From Paecilomyces variotii (taxonomy: Eukaryota), in assembly GCA_004022145.1 (NCBI GenBank), contig RCNU01000001.1: a DNA stretch of 64,000 nt; one strand, given 5' to 3'. A program made the translations under genes and the position numbers. Each line of letters opens with the position of its first letter. The first letter of the stretch is position 1. Shown here in pieces: positions 47,072 through 61,975 of this stretch. The notes below the pieces were generated by a model. It worked only from the letters and a program-made list of their open reading frames with translations. It was not told the origin of the DNA and ran no database searches.

Positions 47072-49792
47072 TCAGGCTTGAGCGGCATCTTCAGAGACTT
47101 CATGCGGTCGGCCAAGTCCAACGCCTGCTCTCCTGCCTTGGACGATTGCTAACAGACATTGGCCTGCACCCTCCAAGTCACCTAGCAGTCCCACATGTCC
47201 GCGTTCACTTTTGACGAGCCCATCTCGGATGATCCGGTACCCTTCGGGCAACATGGCGGCGGAAGCAAGACACACACCGTCGCCAGCAGCGTAAGCAAGG
47301 TCGTCGTAGGCATCCTGGTGCTTTATGTGCTCGCGCGAAGTGACTCTCGCCCCGTATACTGTGGGTACTGATTTGCCGAATAGCACTGCAAACGGGGGAT
47401 ACCGATTGTTTTCCTGGTGGGAAGGATTGAATGCGAGTTCCTGTTTGAATTGACGGACCTCGGACAGTGTTCGCCGCAGGTATGCGACGGCCTCGTGCTT
47501 CGGGATTGTAGTTCCCATCCCAGCAGTTGTAGTTGTGCGCGGGTTCGTGGTCGGACCGATTGCTCCTTGCATTGCAGGTGCTGCTGTAGTGATCTGTTGT
47601 TCGCTCCCAGAATGACGCGGTTTGGACATTTGCTTCAACTCTTCGCCATTTCGTGGCACATGTCGTCCCTGCTCTTGTTCGCGGCCCGTCTTAGGAGCTG
47701 ATGGATCCTCGTTCGTCCCATCTTTCCCGCCAAGTACTGTAGAGAATCGCTTTCCGACCTTTGGCAAGGACGGAAGCGAGCTGGGGATATCCATAAGGCC
47801 CTTCCTCGAATCGCCGCCCATTGGCGGCAGAGGCGCTGTTATGCATGGGGACAGTCTATACTCGTCCCATGTATCGACATTGAAAAAGTCAACCAAATAT
47901 TCTTCCTTTGTTTTCTTGTTTATAAAACAACGGCCATCCTCCGGCAGCAGTGCATAACTCGTGCGGAAGGTAAAGTTCACCTGTGCCGTAAGGACACGGG
48001 AACTTAGAAGGACTTCATCTCCATTTCGCAAGGGCCCTAGAATATTGACGCAGTGCTGAGGGACACCGGCATAGACGACGCCGGCGAACAAGTCCGGTCG
48101 TTGATTGACAGCATGCCTCGTGATCAGGCCACCGAGACTGTGTGCAACGACGAAAGCGCCTCTTTTCTCCGGCGGTGTATCAGGGCTGTTCGATGGTAGC
48201 TTCTCCAAAAACTCGATCAACCTGCGTGACAAGAGATGCGGACTCAGCCGCCAGTCATATCCATAGTCCCACACCCGAAGTTTTCCGTCTCTCGCATTCT
48301 CGCATTTTCGTAGTTTGTTCATCAACCTCCGACAAATGTCAACGGGGCCAATATGTGAAAGGGTGCCGGATGCTATGATCTTCTCTTCCATCTTCCCCTC
48401 ATCTTCTGGCGTCAGGCCAACTTCAAGGTCGACTTTACGGATATTCAGACCAACTTTCATGGGTACCCAGAGTTGGCGGTGCGGTGGCTTAGCGGAGCGA
48501 AGGACAGATCCTCTGTATCCGCCTAAAACGACCACATCGCCGGTCAGCACTGACGTTGCTTGTGTCAAGGCAGGATACAAAACTTCCTTCTTCGTCTTAG
48601 CCGACCGAGTCTTGGATTGTGAGTCAAACTTCGCTCGTCCGCCGTCAACTGCATGCTCTGTGTGTCCCAGTCGACGCTGATGCACGTCACTGACAAAACG
48701 GCCGTAACCCCAGTCGCTCTTCATATCATGAAAATTCAACCCCGGCATGCTCAATAGTCTACTACTCGAGTCTTGAAGACTGTCCTTAATCGCCTTGAAG
48801 CGAACATTTACCTGCGAATGCACATTCTCATAGCGCGAGCGGTCTTCCAAGGAAGATGTCCGTGACAGATTCCTCAGATATATGGATTGGTCAGACGCTG
48901 ACCTGCGTAAAGCGAGCGGTGGTCCAACTGTAGCAAGGCCGGGTCTCTGTTGGTAGGAATGTCTCGCCATGGTTGATTTATTCAGAGGCTTAAGTTCGGA
49001 AATTGGCTCCTCACCCGCGGTGTTGGTATAGTCTGCACTAGTATATGGCCGCCGCTGATCAACTTGGGGCGCATCTTCAAGGGCTTGCTTTTGCTTCACT
49101 GGTTCCGACCTGGCACTCACGACTTTTGTTGACAGACTTCGGGAGCGGTTATGACCTGGTCCGGAGATCAAGGAAGATAGAGAAGATCGCTTGGTTAGAG
49201 AGTTGAAGTCGGGAAGAAACTTCTTCAGCTTGATATTGGCCACTCCTTCTCCAGTCCATGCACGCGGGCGAGTAGGTAGACCACTCAGGATAGTTCTTGT
49301 AAACCGAGAACGTGGACCCTCCTTCCCATCTTTGGGAACTGTCGTCGGGAACTCGGTTTGTCGAACCTCTTCTGCTTCTCGCTCATCTTCCTCGTCCGTA
49401 GCCTGTTTTGCATCGAGAGAGTCCGGTTCGGTGGTTATCGAGTGTAGATATTCTGGCCCACCTTCTTCGTCTGGAATCGTGCCAAAGTAGCTGCCGCCTT
49501 GATTCATCGCCCTGGCTTTCTCCTCCGCTGGTGTACTTCTTGCCTTCATCCGCGACTGCGCATGGCTGATACTGACTCCTATGACGTCGTCCGCCTCGTC
49601 TTCGTCCGCAGAATCCACCATCTTGAGAGGATCGTCTTCGTTTTCAGAACTAGTAGTTTGCTCCGACGTGTCGACACCTGTTCGTGAGGAGTCATTGACC
49701 TCACTATCAGAGGCAGACACATCCAACATTTCCGACTCTATTGCGCCTGGCAGCTGCAGCACGCCACCAGCGCGTGTGTTTGTCGCGGCCAT
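47072..49792 (-). CDS. Alpha/beta-hydrolase-fold protein (LCAT-like; yeast YJR098C-like) with long acidic N-terminus
   Basis: VVLGGYRGSVLR, WDYGYDWRLSP, nucleophile elbow VAHSLGG, AAGDGV, GHVGLLGD (Ser-Asp-His). Confidence 0.78.
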   Translation of the reverse strand: MAATNTRAGGVLQLPGAIESEMLDVSASDSEVNDSSRTGVDTSEQTTSSENEDDPLKMVDSADEDEADDVIGVSISHAQSRMKARSTPAEEKARAMNQGGSYFGTIPDEEGGPEYLHSITTEPDSLDAKQATDEEDEREAEEVRQTEFPTTVPKDGKEGPRSRFTRTILSGLPTRPRAWTGEGVANIKLKKFLPDFNSLTKRSSLSSLISGPGHNRSRSLSTKVVSARSEPVKQKQALEDAPQVDQRRPYTSADYTNTAGEEPISELKPLNKSTMARHSYQQRPGLATVGPPLALRRSASDQSIYLRNLSRTSSLEDRSRYENVHSQVNVRFKAIKDSLQDSSSRLLSMPGLNFHDMKSDWGYGRFVSDVHQRRLGHTEHAVDGGRAKFDSQSKTRSAKTKKEVLYPALTQATSVLTGDVVVLGGYRGSVLRSAKPPHRQLWVPMKVGLNIRKVDLEVGLTPEDEGKMEEKIIASGTLSHIGPVDICRRLMNKLRKCENARDGKLRVWDYGYDWRLSPHLLSRRLIEFLEKLPSNSPDTPPEKRGAFVVAHSLGGLITRHAVNQRPDLFAGVVYAGVPQHCVNILGPLRNGDEVLLSSRVLTAQVNFTFRTSYALLPEDGRCFINKKTKEEYLVDFFNVDTWDEYRLSPCITAPLPPMGGDSRKGLMDIPSSLPSLPKVGKRFSTVLGGKDGTNEDPSAPKTGREQEQGRHVPRNGEELKQMSKPRHSGSEQQITTAAPAMQGAIGPTTNPRTTTTAGMGTTIPKHEAVAYLRRTLSEVRQFKQELAFNPSHQENNRYPPFAVLFGKSVPTVYGARVTSREHIKHQDAYDDLAYAAGDGVCLASAAMLPEGYRIIRDGLVKSERGHVGLLGDLEGAGQCLLAIVQGRRAGVGLGRPHEVSEDAAQA

Positions 49793-51361
49793 GATCGGAA
49801 AACACACTGCGCGCGCGGACGGGTAAAAAAAGGATGTTGATTGATAAGAACAAAGAAATTTCTTGGCTTCAGAATGCGGGCCCCGTTGCTACCCCGCCAA
49901 GCTCGCTCTCCATATAATTGTAGAACCTGGGGTAGATGTAAGATCCATTGAGCGACTGTCAGGTTGGCCTCGTTGGGAGATAAAAAAGGATGTCGTAGTC
50001 GGGTCTTCCGTCCCGGTTATGAACGGGGAATATCGAATATCATAAATAATCATAAATGGAGAATAAGCCGATCCCCTCGCTTCGTTTGTGACAAAGCCAG
50101 GAGTGAGAGGCGACACGGATACGGAAGTAAGAGCTAAGTTTTTGGACTCCACCGTCTGGAGTTCAGAACCACAGGCGCTCGTCCGGGAGCTTCGGGAGAT
50201 CGAATGAGATCGAAACGACGTGCCAGCGGATCCAACGAAACCACTCACCGTATTCGTATCGGAGAATGCTCGAGAGCTATATTTCCAAGGGCAAGAGGCG
50301 TTTCGGACGTTTGCTTATATATCGGCCCGCGCTTTGCTGTGCGCTCTCATGAAGTCATCACAGCTAGAATGTACTAGTTACCGTAATACCCGATGGATCT
50401 TTCCAACCTTCGGAGCCTGGTTCATCCAGCACAGCCTCAATAGAATAGACGGCTTCACGTTAGATCGATGCAGTTCGTCAGCCTGGCGTCCCTAGTGCTG
50501 TCCATCAGAAAGTAGTGAAAACACACAGTGTTGAATACCATTATCGCAGCAATGATGTCTGGAGGCCAAATGTGAAAAAGAAGAAGAAAAAGAAAAAGAA
50601 GTTGATAAATTGATTCTCTTCCTGAACCGGAAGCCTCGGTCGGGCCTCAATCACGTGCTCACCATCTTGGCCTGAGGCAGTAAAGACAAGATTCAAGAAA
50701 ACAGCTAGTTATAAGCGACTTGGTTTCGAATTTGATTCCTGATCTGTGACAGTCTGGAACGTACAGTAGTACATGTGATTGCTCCGGCAGATCCCCTCCT
50801 TGGGACTGGTTAGTGAATGCTGCCTTGGGTATGAAAAGGACCGATCAGCACACTCATCGCTCTAGAAAGACTAGTATGAGATAGGTCCACTAGCTTCTGC
50901 TGACTAGAGGCGCTAATAATGACGCGCTATGAATAGAATATTGAATGTTAAATTGGAAAAAGGGAAGCCACTACTAATTCGACATTATTGTTATCCACTC
51001 ATGTCAGGAGAAGGAACTTCAAAATAAGACCAGACAGTTAAGGACAGTCTATATTGAAATGTGTTCAGGCCGTGTCTAGAAACGAACTACTTAAAATGAA
51101 GAATAGGCTGAAACGATGTTTTCGAACTAATGAGGTGCTTAAAATCCATTTAACAGAAGACACGACGGTGATAGAATACTGAATATTGTATCAAGAGACC
51201 AGTGAGCTAGTCCTCAACTTCTTGCACAGTGCACTAAACATCCCTGAAAATCAATTGCAGTTTACCTGTGGTATCTCTCTGTCCTAATCGTCAAAGTCAT
51301 ACAAGTCATCACTAATATACAGGATTCTTGAAATATTCAGTCAAAACATAAGTCGAACTGT

Positions 51362-52279
51362 TTAGAACCGTCTCTGCGTGCCTTCGCGAGCCTTGGTAGA
51401 CTCGGCGAAGTTGCCAGTCTGGATCTCACGCTGTCCTTCACGGGTGACAGCCTCGTTCTTGGCCACGCCCTCCTTATCTCCAAATGCATCATCGACAGCC
51501 TTGCCGATGGATCCGCGAATGGATTCACCAACACCCTGTGTTAAATATCAGTACCGTCTCATCCTCAAGTTCATGGCTGGCTATTAGCTTACATGAATGC
51601 CGGCGAGAGCACCCTTGAGACCACCGGTCTTGCTTCCACTGGTTCCTGTGGTACCGGTACTGTCAGTAGTACCGGTTGTGCCAGTCGTTTTAGTCGTGGT
51701 TCCCGAATTGCCGTAACTGTTGGACGCCGTGGCAGAGTCCGTTCCTGCTTGGTAACCGGTTCCCGTGGCCGGGTTGTATCCCGTGGATGCACTTCCGGCG
51801 TTGTTCGTGTTGCTACTTGTAGGGAGAGGGGCTGAAGGAGCTCCAGTAGATGATCCTCCAACGACAGGTGCTCTGTTTGCACCGGTACCCGTCTGGTTGG
51901 TGGTCTTCGTGGTTGTTTCCCCGGTCTTGCTGTTCACTCTAGGATCCAGCTTGTTCTCAATGCTCGAGGGATGTGGTCCATTGTTGGCGCTGGCTGGGTT
52001 CGAAACCTGCGTGGTAGCACCTTCATGTGCGTTGCCGGTGGTGGTCGTTCCAGGAGCATATTGAGCGCGGTTGTTCAGGTCGCTGTCGACGCGGGGGTCC
52101 AGCTTGTTTGCGATGTTGGAGGAATGCGGTCCGGCGGTACTTGATGCTGGACCATGTTGGTAAGAACTCGTGCTCGCTGCATCACCGGTGGAGGTTGTGG
52201 TACCTGTTGAGCTATCGACTCGAGGATCGAGCTTGTTTCCCAAGCTGGTAGAGTGGGGTCCCTGCTGAGTAGATGTCAT
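51362..52279 (-). CDS. Hydrophilic Gly/Thr-rich protein with GPHxSxxxNKLDPRV repeats (stress/conidial-type)
   Basis: Three GPH..NKLDPRV repeats. Intron 51592-51536 joins LAGIH to GVGESIRGSIGKAVDDAFGDKEGVAKNEAVTREGQREIQTGNF...RRF*. Confidence 0.8.
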
Positions 52280-52998
52280 TGTGGGATTTTTATAAGCTGA
52301 GCCGTTCTTGATCGGGAGAAAATGGTATCAATCAATATAAAATCTTGAGCTGGTATGGAGTATTAATTCCATGTTTTGCCAGGCGAGCAGCTACCAGTAT
52401 ATATATACCTAGGTATATATATATGTCCACCTACATCATCGCTGGCAGGTGACGTCATGCTGAACGTAGTCCGGAAATGTCAACAAACATCAACATCAAC
52501 ATCATTGTCACTGTCAGTATTTCCTCGGCTGAAAATACTTGGAAATAATGGTGCCGATCATCGGTCCAGAGGGTCTATCGTGAATGTCGATGAAACAATC
52601 CTACTCAATAACTCAATACGGAGTACTCGCAGTTATGCACATGTTATACGACTTATGAACTTCATGCCACTATCGACTCATCGAGGCATCAACCGTCTTG
52701 CAAAGGGAGCTTAACTTCACTTGGGCAGTTGATCTCCGCGCGCTAGACTTACGGGCCGGTTTTATTGCCCCCAACAGGGCTGACCCCGCGAGCCGAGGCT
52801 CTGAGATCTCGGCGATGCCGACAGTATGCACGCGAAAGGTCAGGGTCCAGAACCACCGACAGTTAATGTGGATGTCCGTTGCTCTCTCTTCACTGTCACC
52901 CTCGAGCCTTGAGCTTCATTAATATATTCTCCCGAGGTTGCTTCTACATATTACTGCACTGAACCTTTCACAGTCTCTTTCCTGTCGCAGTTGTCAAA

Positions 52999-54139
52999 AT
53001 GACCAGGTCAAATAAACAGGTGATCTACGTGAACCCACCATCCCCGGCCATTGATCCGTCCTTGGAGAAAGGGACGTTTGGTCTGAAGGTAACGCCTGTT
53101 CCAGATCAAGTGCCAGAGGATAAGGTGCTGGTGCGGGTTCATTATCTGTCCCTCGATCCGGCTATGCGCCAGTGGCTCACTGCGAAGCGGTCATACATAG
53201 CGCCTGTTGAGCGTGGCGCTGTGATGCGTGGCCATGGTATCGCCCAAGTCATCGCCGTTGGCAGCAGCCTCAGGAATCAGTACAAGGTGGGCGAATGGGT
53301 CACCGCCATGCCAGGATGGCAAGAATATGCCCTGCTGGGAGCAAAGGAGATACGGAAAGTGTCTATTCCAAAGGGAGGTCGGGTTACGGATGTCTTGTCG
53401 GTTCTAGGATTGACCGGTCTGACGGCATACTTTGGCATGTTGGAGGGGGCAGGCGTCAAAGCTGGAGATACTGTTGTTGTCTCCGGTGCAGCTGGTGCGA
53501 CAGGTTCCGTGGCCGGCCAAATCGCTAAGATCAAAGGAGCAAAGCGAGTGATAGGTCTTGCAGGTAGCAAGGACAAATGCGATCATCTGAAGAATGAGTT
53601 GGGCTTCGATTTTGCCATCAACTATCGGGATGCCGACTGGAGACGGCAGCTCAAGGATGCGACACCGGAATATATCGATGTATTCTTTGACAATGTCGGC
53701 GGGGAGATCCTCGATGCCTGTCTGTCGCGTGCAGCTCAGAATGCCCGCTTTGCCATCTGCGGTGCTATCAGTCAGTACAACGCGGCGAAACCTCAGGGAC
53801 CCTCCAGCTACATGAACATCATTGTAAGACTCCTGATTATATTGTCTCCATAATGGACGAGTGAGGCTAACGTACATACTATAACAGTCCATGCGAATAA
53901 CAATGAAGGGCTTCATCACGTTCGACTACGCCAAGCAGTACCCCACTGCGTTGAAAGACCTGGCAACATGGTTGAGCGAGGGCAAAATCAAACGCAAGGA
54001 GCATATCGTCAAGGCCGGCGTAGAAGCCGCTCCCCAGGCGCTCGTCGACCTGTTCGCAGGTCGCAACACCGGCAAGATGATGGTTGAGGTGACTCCAATG
54101 AGCGAGGCCGTCACTGAAGCACCCAGGTCAAACTTGTAG
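52999..54139 (+). CDS. NADP-dependent oxidoreductase (prostaglandin reductase / CurA-like MDR)
   Basis: YLSLDPAMR, GLTGLTAYFG, VVSGAAGATGS, FFDNVGG, CGAISQYN, GRNTGK. Intron 53824-53887. C-terminus ends in SNL. Confidence 0.9.
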
Positions 54140-55115
54140 TCTTCTCCTTTGTATACACGGCATTGTACTGTACGAGTACTTCAGTAGCTCCATGGTGTCG
54201 CAGCTCTCACAGGCGGAAGTATATCCCGATAATGTGGAGCAGCTGTTGCCCTTGTGAGGCTGTTCTACAGTAGCGTACGTATGTAGATACATACATACAC
54301 CTAGAATTTTGAAGATCAGAGGCCCAGACTCTTCCATTGTTCCCAAGGAACTGCTCATTTTCCCACGGGGAATGACCCCACGTGGTCATTTGGACCCTGC
54401 CACGGTTCCAGTTATGGTTCGTAGGATATTCTGAATTGGCCTAAGTATATCATCATAGTGGTTGGCGGTGCTAAGTCAAGTGGCAGCGACAAAAAGGAGA
54501 AAAAAACGAAAAAAAAGGAAACAAACAATTCCTAATCATAAATCAGCACGTATTATTGACAGAAAGCTGTCCCATCCATGTCTTGGTAAAACATCAAAAA
54601 CAAGCTGTTGTGGCGCTGTTGTTCGCATGTAAGTAACGTCATGCTGATGGCGACTCCGCAACCACCAACAATTTGCATACTCGATTCGACAACAGAGAAC
54701 AACTCCATTCCAAGAACAGCAGCAGCCCATCATTACACCAACATCCACTGGCTAACTAGCTCAAAACTTGTTCTAATTGACGTAGAGATATTATTTCCCT
54801 GCTGATCCAAGACTCAATAACCCGGCTATGGCAACGATCATCAAGAACTGATGCCAGGAGCCGTGGAAAACAAGGGTCCTCATACAACATCCACCTTGTC
54901 GCGATCCAGCTGCCATTGGTCTATTATTTCACAGCTACGAAAGTACATATTGGTATAGTATCTTAACGGTCTAGAGTTGTCTATGGTATTCTCATGCTCT
55001 GTTCCTTTGCTTGAGGGGTTTCCAAGTGGTGGGTTATTCTCTTGGTTCGATTACTCAACTCGACTGTTCACGTCAAAGCCATCTCTCTCTTCTATCCTCT
55101 TTTCTTGGCTTCAAT

Positions 55116-56312
55116 ATGTTACCGTCAGCAAGTAGACGTCATTGTCTTACCTCCTTGGCAACAAAGCCAGGAGTCAGTGCAGGGAGCTGCAGAGCACTTA
55201 AAACCAGCCAGGTCCGGCCCCTGCTGCAGCAGCCTTTCACTATTCATCAGTCATTGTCATTTTCATTGTCTTCGTCTTCCTCTTCCACTCTTCGTCAGTA
55301 CAGTACGAGTCCGAAATTGCAGATATCATCGGAATTGAAAATGGCCGCGCAACAGAATAACGAGATGTTCAAACTCTCGGAGCTGTTTAATGTCAAGGAC
55401 AAAGGTATGGGTGTTCTCTCTTTCCTTTCAACTGTTTCCAATGTATACGTTAGACCATTCATGGCTAACATGTAACTTCTCACAGTTGCCTTGATTACGG
55501 GTGGAGGCTCTGGTATCGGCCTGATGGCCACACAAGCCCTCGCCGTCAACGGAGCCAAGGTATACATCGTCGGCCGGACATCAGAGAAGCTCGACAGGGT
55601 CGCCGAACTCTACGGGAAGAATATCCCCGGCCAGATCATCCCCATCAACGCCGACATTTCAAAGAAAGAAGAAATGCAGAAGCTCGTCAAGGAGATCGAG
55701 TCTCGGGAAAAGCACGTCTCGATCCTAATCAACAACGCCGGTATCTCCAGCACAACGACTGCGACCGAGCCCGAGGACCCGCACGAGCTCCGCAAGAACC
55801 TGTTTGACCAAGAAGCCGCCAACGTCGAGGACTGGGAGAATGTGTGGCGCACGAACGTCTATCAACTCTATCTCATGACGACGGCCTTCCTGCCGCTCTT
55901 GCAGAAGGGCACTGAGGCCGAATACGGCTTCTCCAGTACAGTCATCAATATCTCTTCGATCTCCGGCATTGTCAAGACCTCTCAGCACCACTTCGCCTAT
56001 AACGCCTCCAAGGCGGCAGCGATCCATCTGAACAGAATGCTTGCGCACGAGGTAGCGTCGTCGAATCTGAAGATCCGAATCAATAACATTGCTCCTGGTG
56101 TCTTCCCTAGTGAGATGACTGCCGGTGAGAGCGATGAGAAACAGAAGAGCGCCATCCCGCGTGAGAAGTACGAGTCGAAGGTCCCTGCTGCTCGGCCCGG
56201 TCATGAGCGTGATATGGCCAATGCTGTCCTCTTCGCTGCTACGAATCAGTATGTGAACGGACAGACCATTGTTGTTGATGGCGGGTATGTCTTGGCTGCT
56301 GGGACGGTCTAA
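55116..56312 (+). CDS. Short-chain dehydrogenase/reductase; alternative start at 55341
   Basis: VALITGGGSGIG after intron 55405-55485, NNAG, NISSISG, YNASK catalytic motif, IAPGVFPSEMT. Confidence 0.9.
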
Positions 56313-56867
56313 CCTGATCTATAAGCCGGGAAAAAAGGATGTTAATATAATAGCTGGATGCACGGCAAATAAAAACGCTGTATTATAGTGCAAAGAAGCA
56401 TAGTAACGATCATGTATGATTATGTTTAATCTCAACCGTTATGGACGATCTAATTTGGAGTTTGATGAACATAGACAGTAAATGAAGATCATACTCCCTT
56501 CATCGCTCGATGATGCTAAAAAGTATATACGGTCAAATACATTCGACCCGCAGCAAGACTTGAGCTTTAAAACAGGTCGCAAATCTATCGTAGTTCAAAG
56601 TAAATGATGTCCTCTATACATCTTAGGTATGTCCTTCTTCACAGCTTTTGTCTTTTTGTAATCGTCCCAAATGCGACATGACACCATTGATGCTTCCAAG
56701 TTGAACATAGAACCAAGAGAAAGGAAAAGAGCCGAAACGTGATCCCTCCAAGACCAAAGACATAATCAAAAGCAGGGGCAATTTCTTTTTTTTCTGTTCC
56801 GTGACGTCGATGCTCAGTTACGAGAAAATGTAGAAGGATATAGTAGACAAGGTTATTGCATAAACGT

Positions 56868-58076
56868 CTAAGCGGTTCTCGAGTTGGCGATGTTCATGAC
56901 GAGAATATCCGTGGCGCCAACCTCGGTCAGCTGGTCCATAACCGTCGCGATGGATTTCTTCTCGACCATGGAACTGACGGCCACCCAGCCATCGTCCTCC
57001 AAGGCGGTCACAGTCGGCGCTCTCTTGCCGGGAGTGATCCTAGACGCGGTAGCCAGCTCCGTGCGAGGGATGTTGTACTGGCAGAGAACGTATCGTTGAG
57101 CGGCTGTAAAGCATATGTTAGCACCCTGTGAACAGTTTTTTTCTGGGTGATTAGTAAAAAAAAAAACATACTAATAACACCACGTATTCTCGAGGCGATG
57201 AGCTCGACAAGTTCGTTCTTGGTGCCTCTCGACTTCACCAGCACTGCGGTGCTCTCCATGACGGTGTCGATCGCCTTCAATCCAGCCGCCTTCATGGTCT
57301 CACCAGACTCTGCGCAATATGTCAGTATGAAGACACAGCAAGGGTCTTATATCTCCGGCTCATGCCCATGTTACTTACCAACCAGGTCGACGATACCATC
57401 GGCCACGCCTAGCGCACATGCGGCCTCAACGCTACCACCGACGTACTTGATCTTGGTCGTAAGCTCGCTCTTTTCACTTTTGCCTTCCAGCTTAGCAAAG
57501 AAAGCCTCCGTGAGTCCCGTGAAGCTGGTCACGACATTACGTCCGATGAGCTGCTTGGGGTCGGTGATCGTTCCCTTCTCCGGCACTTGAACCTGCAGCT
57601 TGCAGCGGCCGAAGCCTAGGTCCATAACTTCCTCGACACCAGACGTCTCGCCGGCTGGCAGAGCAGCATCATGTTCTCCAACCTGATCCTGACCGGTGAT
57701 ACCCAGGTCCACTCGTCCCTCTCCAACGAAGGTAGGAATGTCCGCGGCAGGAAGGAAGATAAGCGCGATGGGCAGGTTTTTGACGAGGGCAATGTCGAGA
57801 CGGGTCTCGCGACGGAACTGGATATCACATCCTGCGAGCAGATCCAGAGTAGCCTGCTGGAGTCGACCCTCTAGACTCAGTAATCTGTTAGCCTTTTGCG
57901 CTTCTAGTTCCGGGGCAATGGCCTGCGAATCTTGGTATTTCGAGAGGGAGGCAGCGGGCACTTGCTCTTTGGGACTGCGAAAAGAAGTCTTCCTTCTAGG
58001 CTGCTAGTTGTTAGCAGTCTATACCTCAATCGCATAATCGAGCGCAATTGTCGACTGACTGGTTGACCAAATCCAT
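56868..58076 (-). CDS. HIS1: ATP phosphoribosyltransferase
   Basis: Spliced product MDLVNHLEGRLLFAVPKKGRLQQ..LPAADIPTFVGEGRVDLGITG..FGRCKLQVQVP..GGSVEAACALGVADGIVDLVESGETMKAAGL..ITPGKRAPTV..NSRTA*. Four introns, one of them GC-AG. Confidence 0.95.
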
Positions 58077-59310
58077 CTTGGCTCTGTGAGCGCAACGGGC
58101 GCGGTGGGATACTGTCTAGTCGCGAAAGAAAAGGGGTCCAACGGAGCAATTGCAGACGATCAGTAGCCGTCAATATCTCCCAGGAGAACGAACGGAGAGA
58201 TAATCTCAAGTATTCGCAGGAGAGTGGGGAGTATCTCAACCAGCGGTTTCGGAGGGGTATGAGTCGAAGGCGGAGCTGGGCGACAAAATTTGGAGGGGCC
58301 TTAGAACTCCCGCAGCAACAGGAACGCCGCAGCGGCCACACGTGGGCTTCGCGGACTACGGAACGGTCAATACTAAGTAGGATAGAGTACGCGGATATCG
58401 ACAGCGGCTAGTTGGAATTGGTTCAATGTATGTCTCTTCCTTGCATTTTTTGATACTGACATCCATCTTCATCTCGTCCGTGATGTTCTTTCCCACCACC
58501 CAGAGAGCCCTGAGCCCTCGCGTAAATGCTCACCGCCCACGTGCCCTCGTGTCCGCTGTCCGATTAGATAACTTGGTTAACATCGCCAGCACAATCATTC
58601 GTCTCTTTCATCAATTATCTATAATTCAGACGCGAGCTGAACCAGAGGATATCATGAAGATCAATCAAACCATCTATTCTGTTCGATACTACATGACATT
58701 CATCCAGAAACCTGCTAGAGAATTATAACCCCCTCAAGCATTGCCGCATGCAGTACAAGTATCCCCAAAATCTGACGTACCTTGGACGAAATCGCCATAA
58801 CTGCCTGTACCATAAAGACTGGATGCTAAGCTAAGTCTAAGCCTTTTCGGATGATCGGATCTTCGCTTGGCGTAATACCAACTTCTCGGATCTGCAGCAA
58901 CATCAGTTGATAAGAAATCAAACAAGGATGCCCGATAAACAATACCCATGTTGTTACTTACGAGCCAATCTTGATCCAGCCTTGCCCAATCTGACATGCC
59001 CATCTATCTACCGTGAAGCGAAACGACCCGACATAAAGTTAGCTCCCGTGCAGATCTTCATCGTGGATTGATTGATGATGTAGACATAAAATCATTTACC
59101 TTCGAGTCCATCTGAGTCTTTCGAATCTCCGAAAAAATTGTCGAATTGTCGTTGAACGAGATGCGCACTGCGTGCGTGTTTGGATGTGGATGTGGGTGTT
59201 GCTTGTTGCTTTCGCACAGCATGCATGTAATAATATACGACAGTTCGGAAACTTTCCTAATGTTTACGTCTTCTATTCCAGGCTGTGGTATTAGTTGTAG
59301 AGGAATATAA

Positions 59311-61666
<2,356 letters not shown>

Positions 61667-61975
61667 TTAGTAGAGTCTGATGCACTCTGCGCAAGAGAGA
61701 CGATAGCAATTGGAAAAGGCATCATCTGTCGGACATAATCGAGTGATAACAGATACATTATAGGACGGGCTCAGCGCAAATTCTGTAGTATAATAAGAAC
61801 ACGATAATATATATAATATATAACAGGACGGTTAAGTGACCAACTACACACATAGTATTGTACAAAGGGGTATCCTGCTCTATTTTACTTTTACATTACC
61901 AACAGCCGAAATAAATATCGCCATTTGCACACGGTTCTTACTGGAAGACCAGTAACGAGGCAGCCGCTTCATCTA

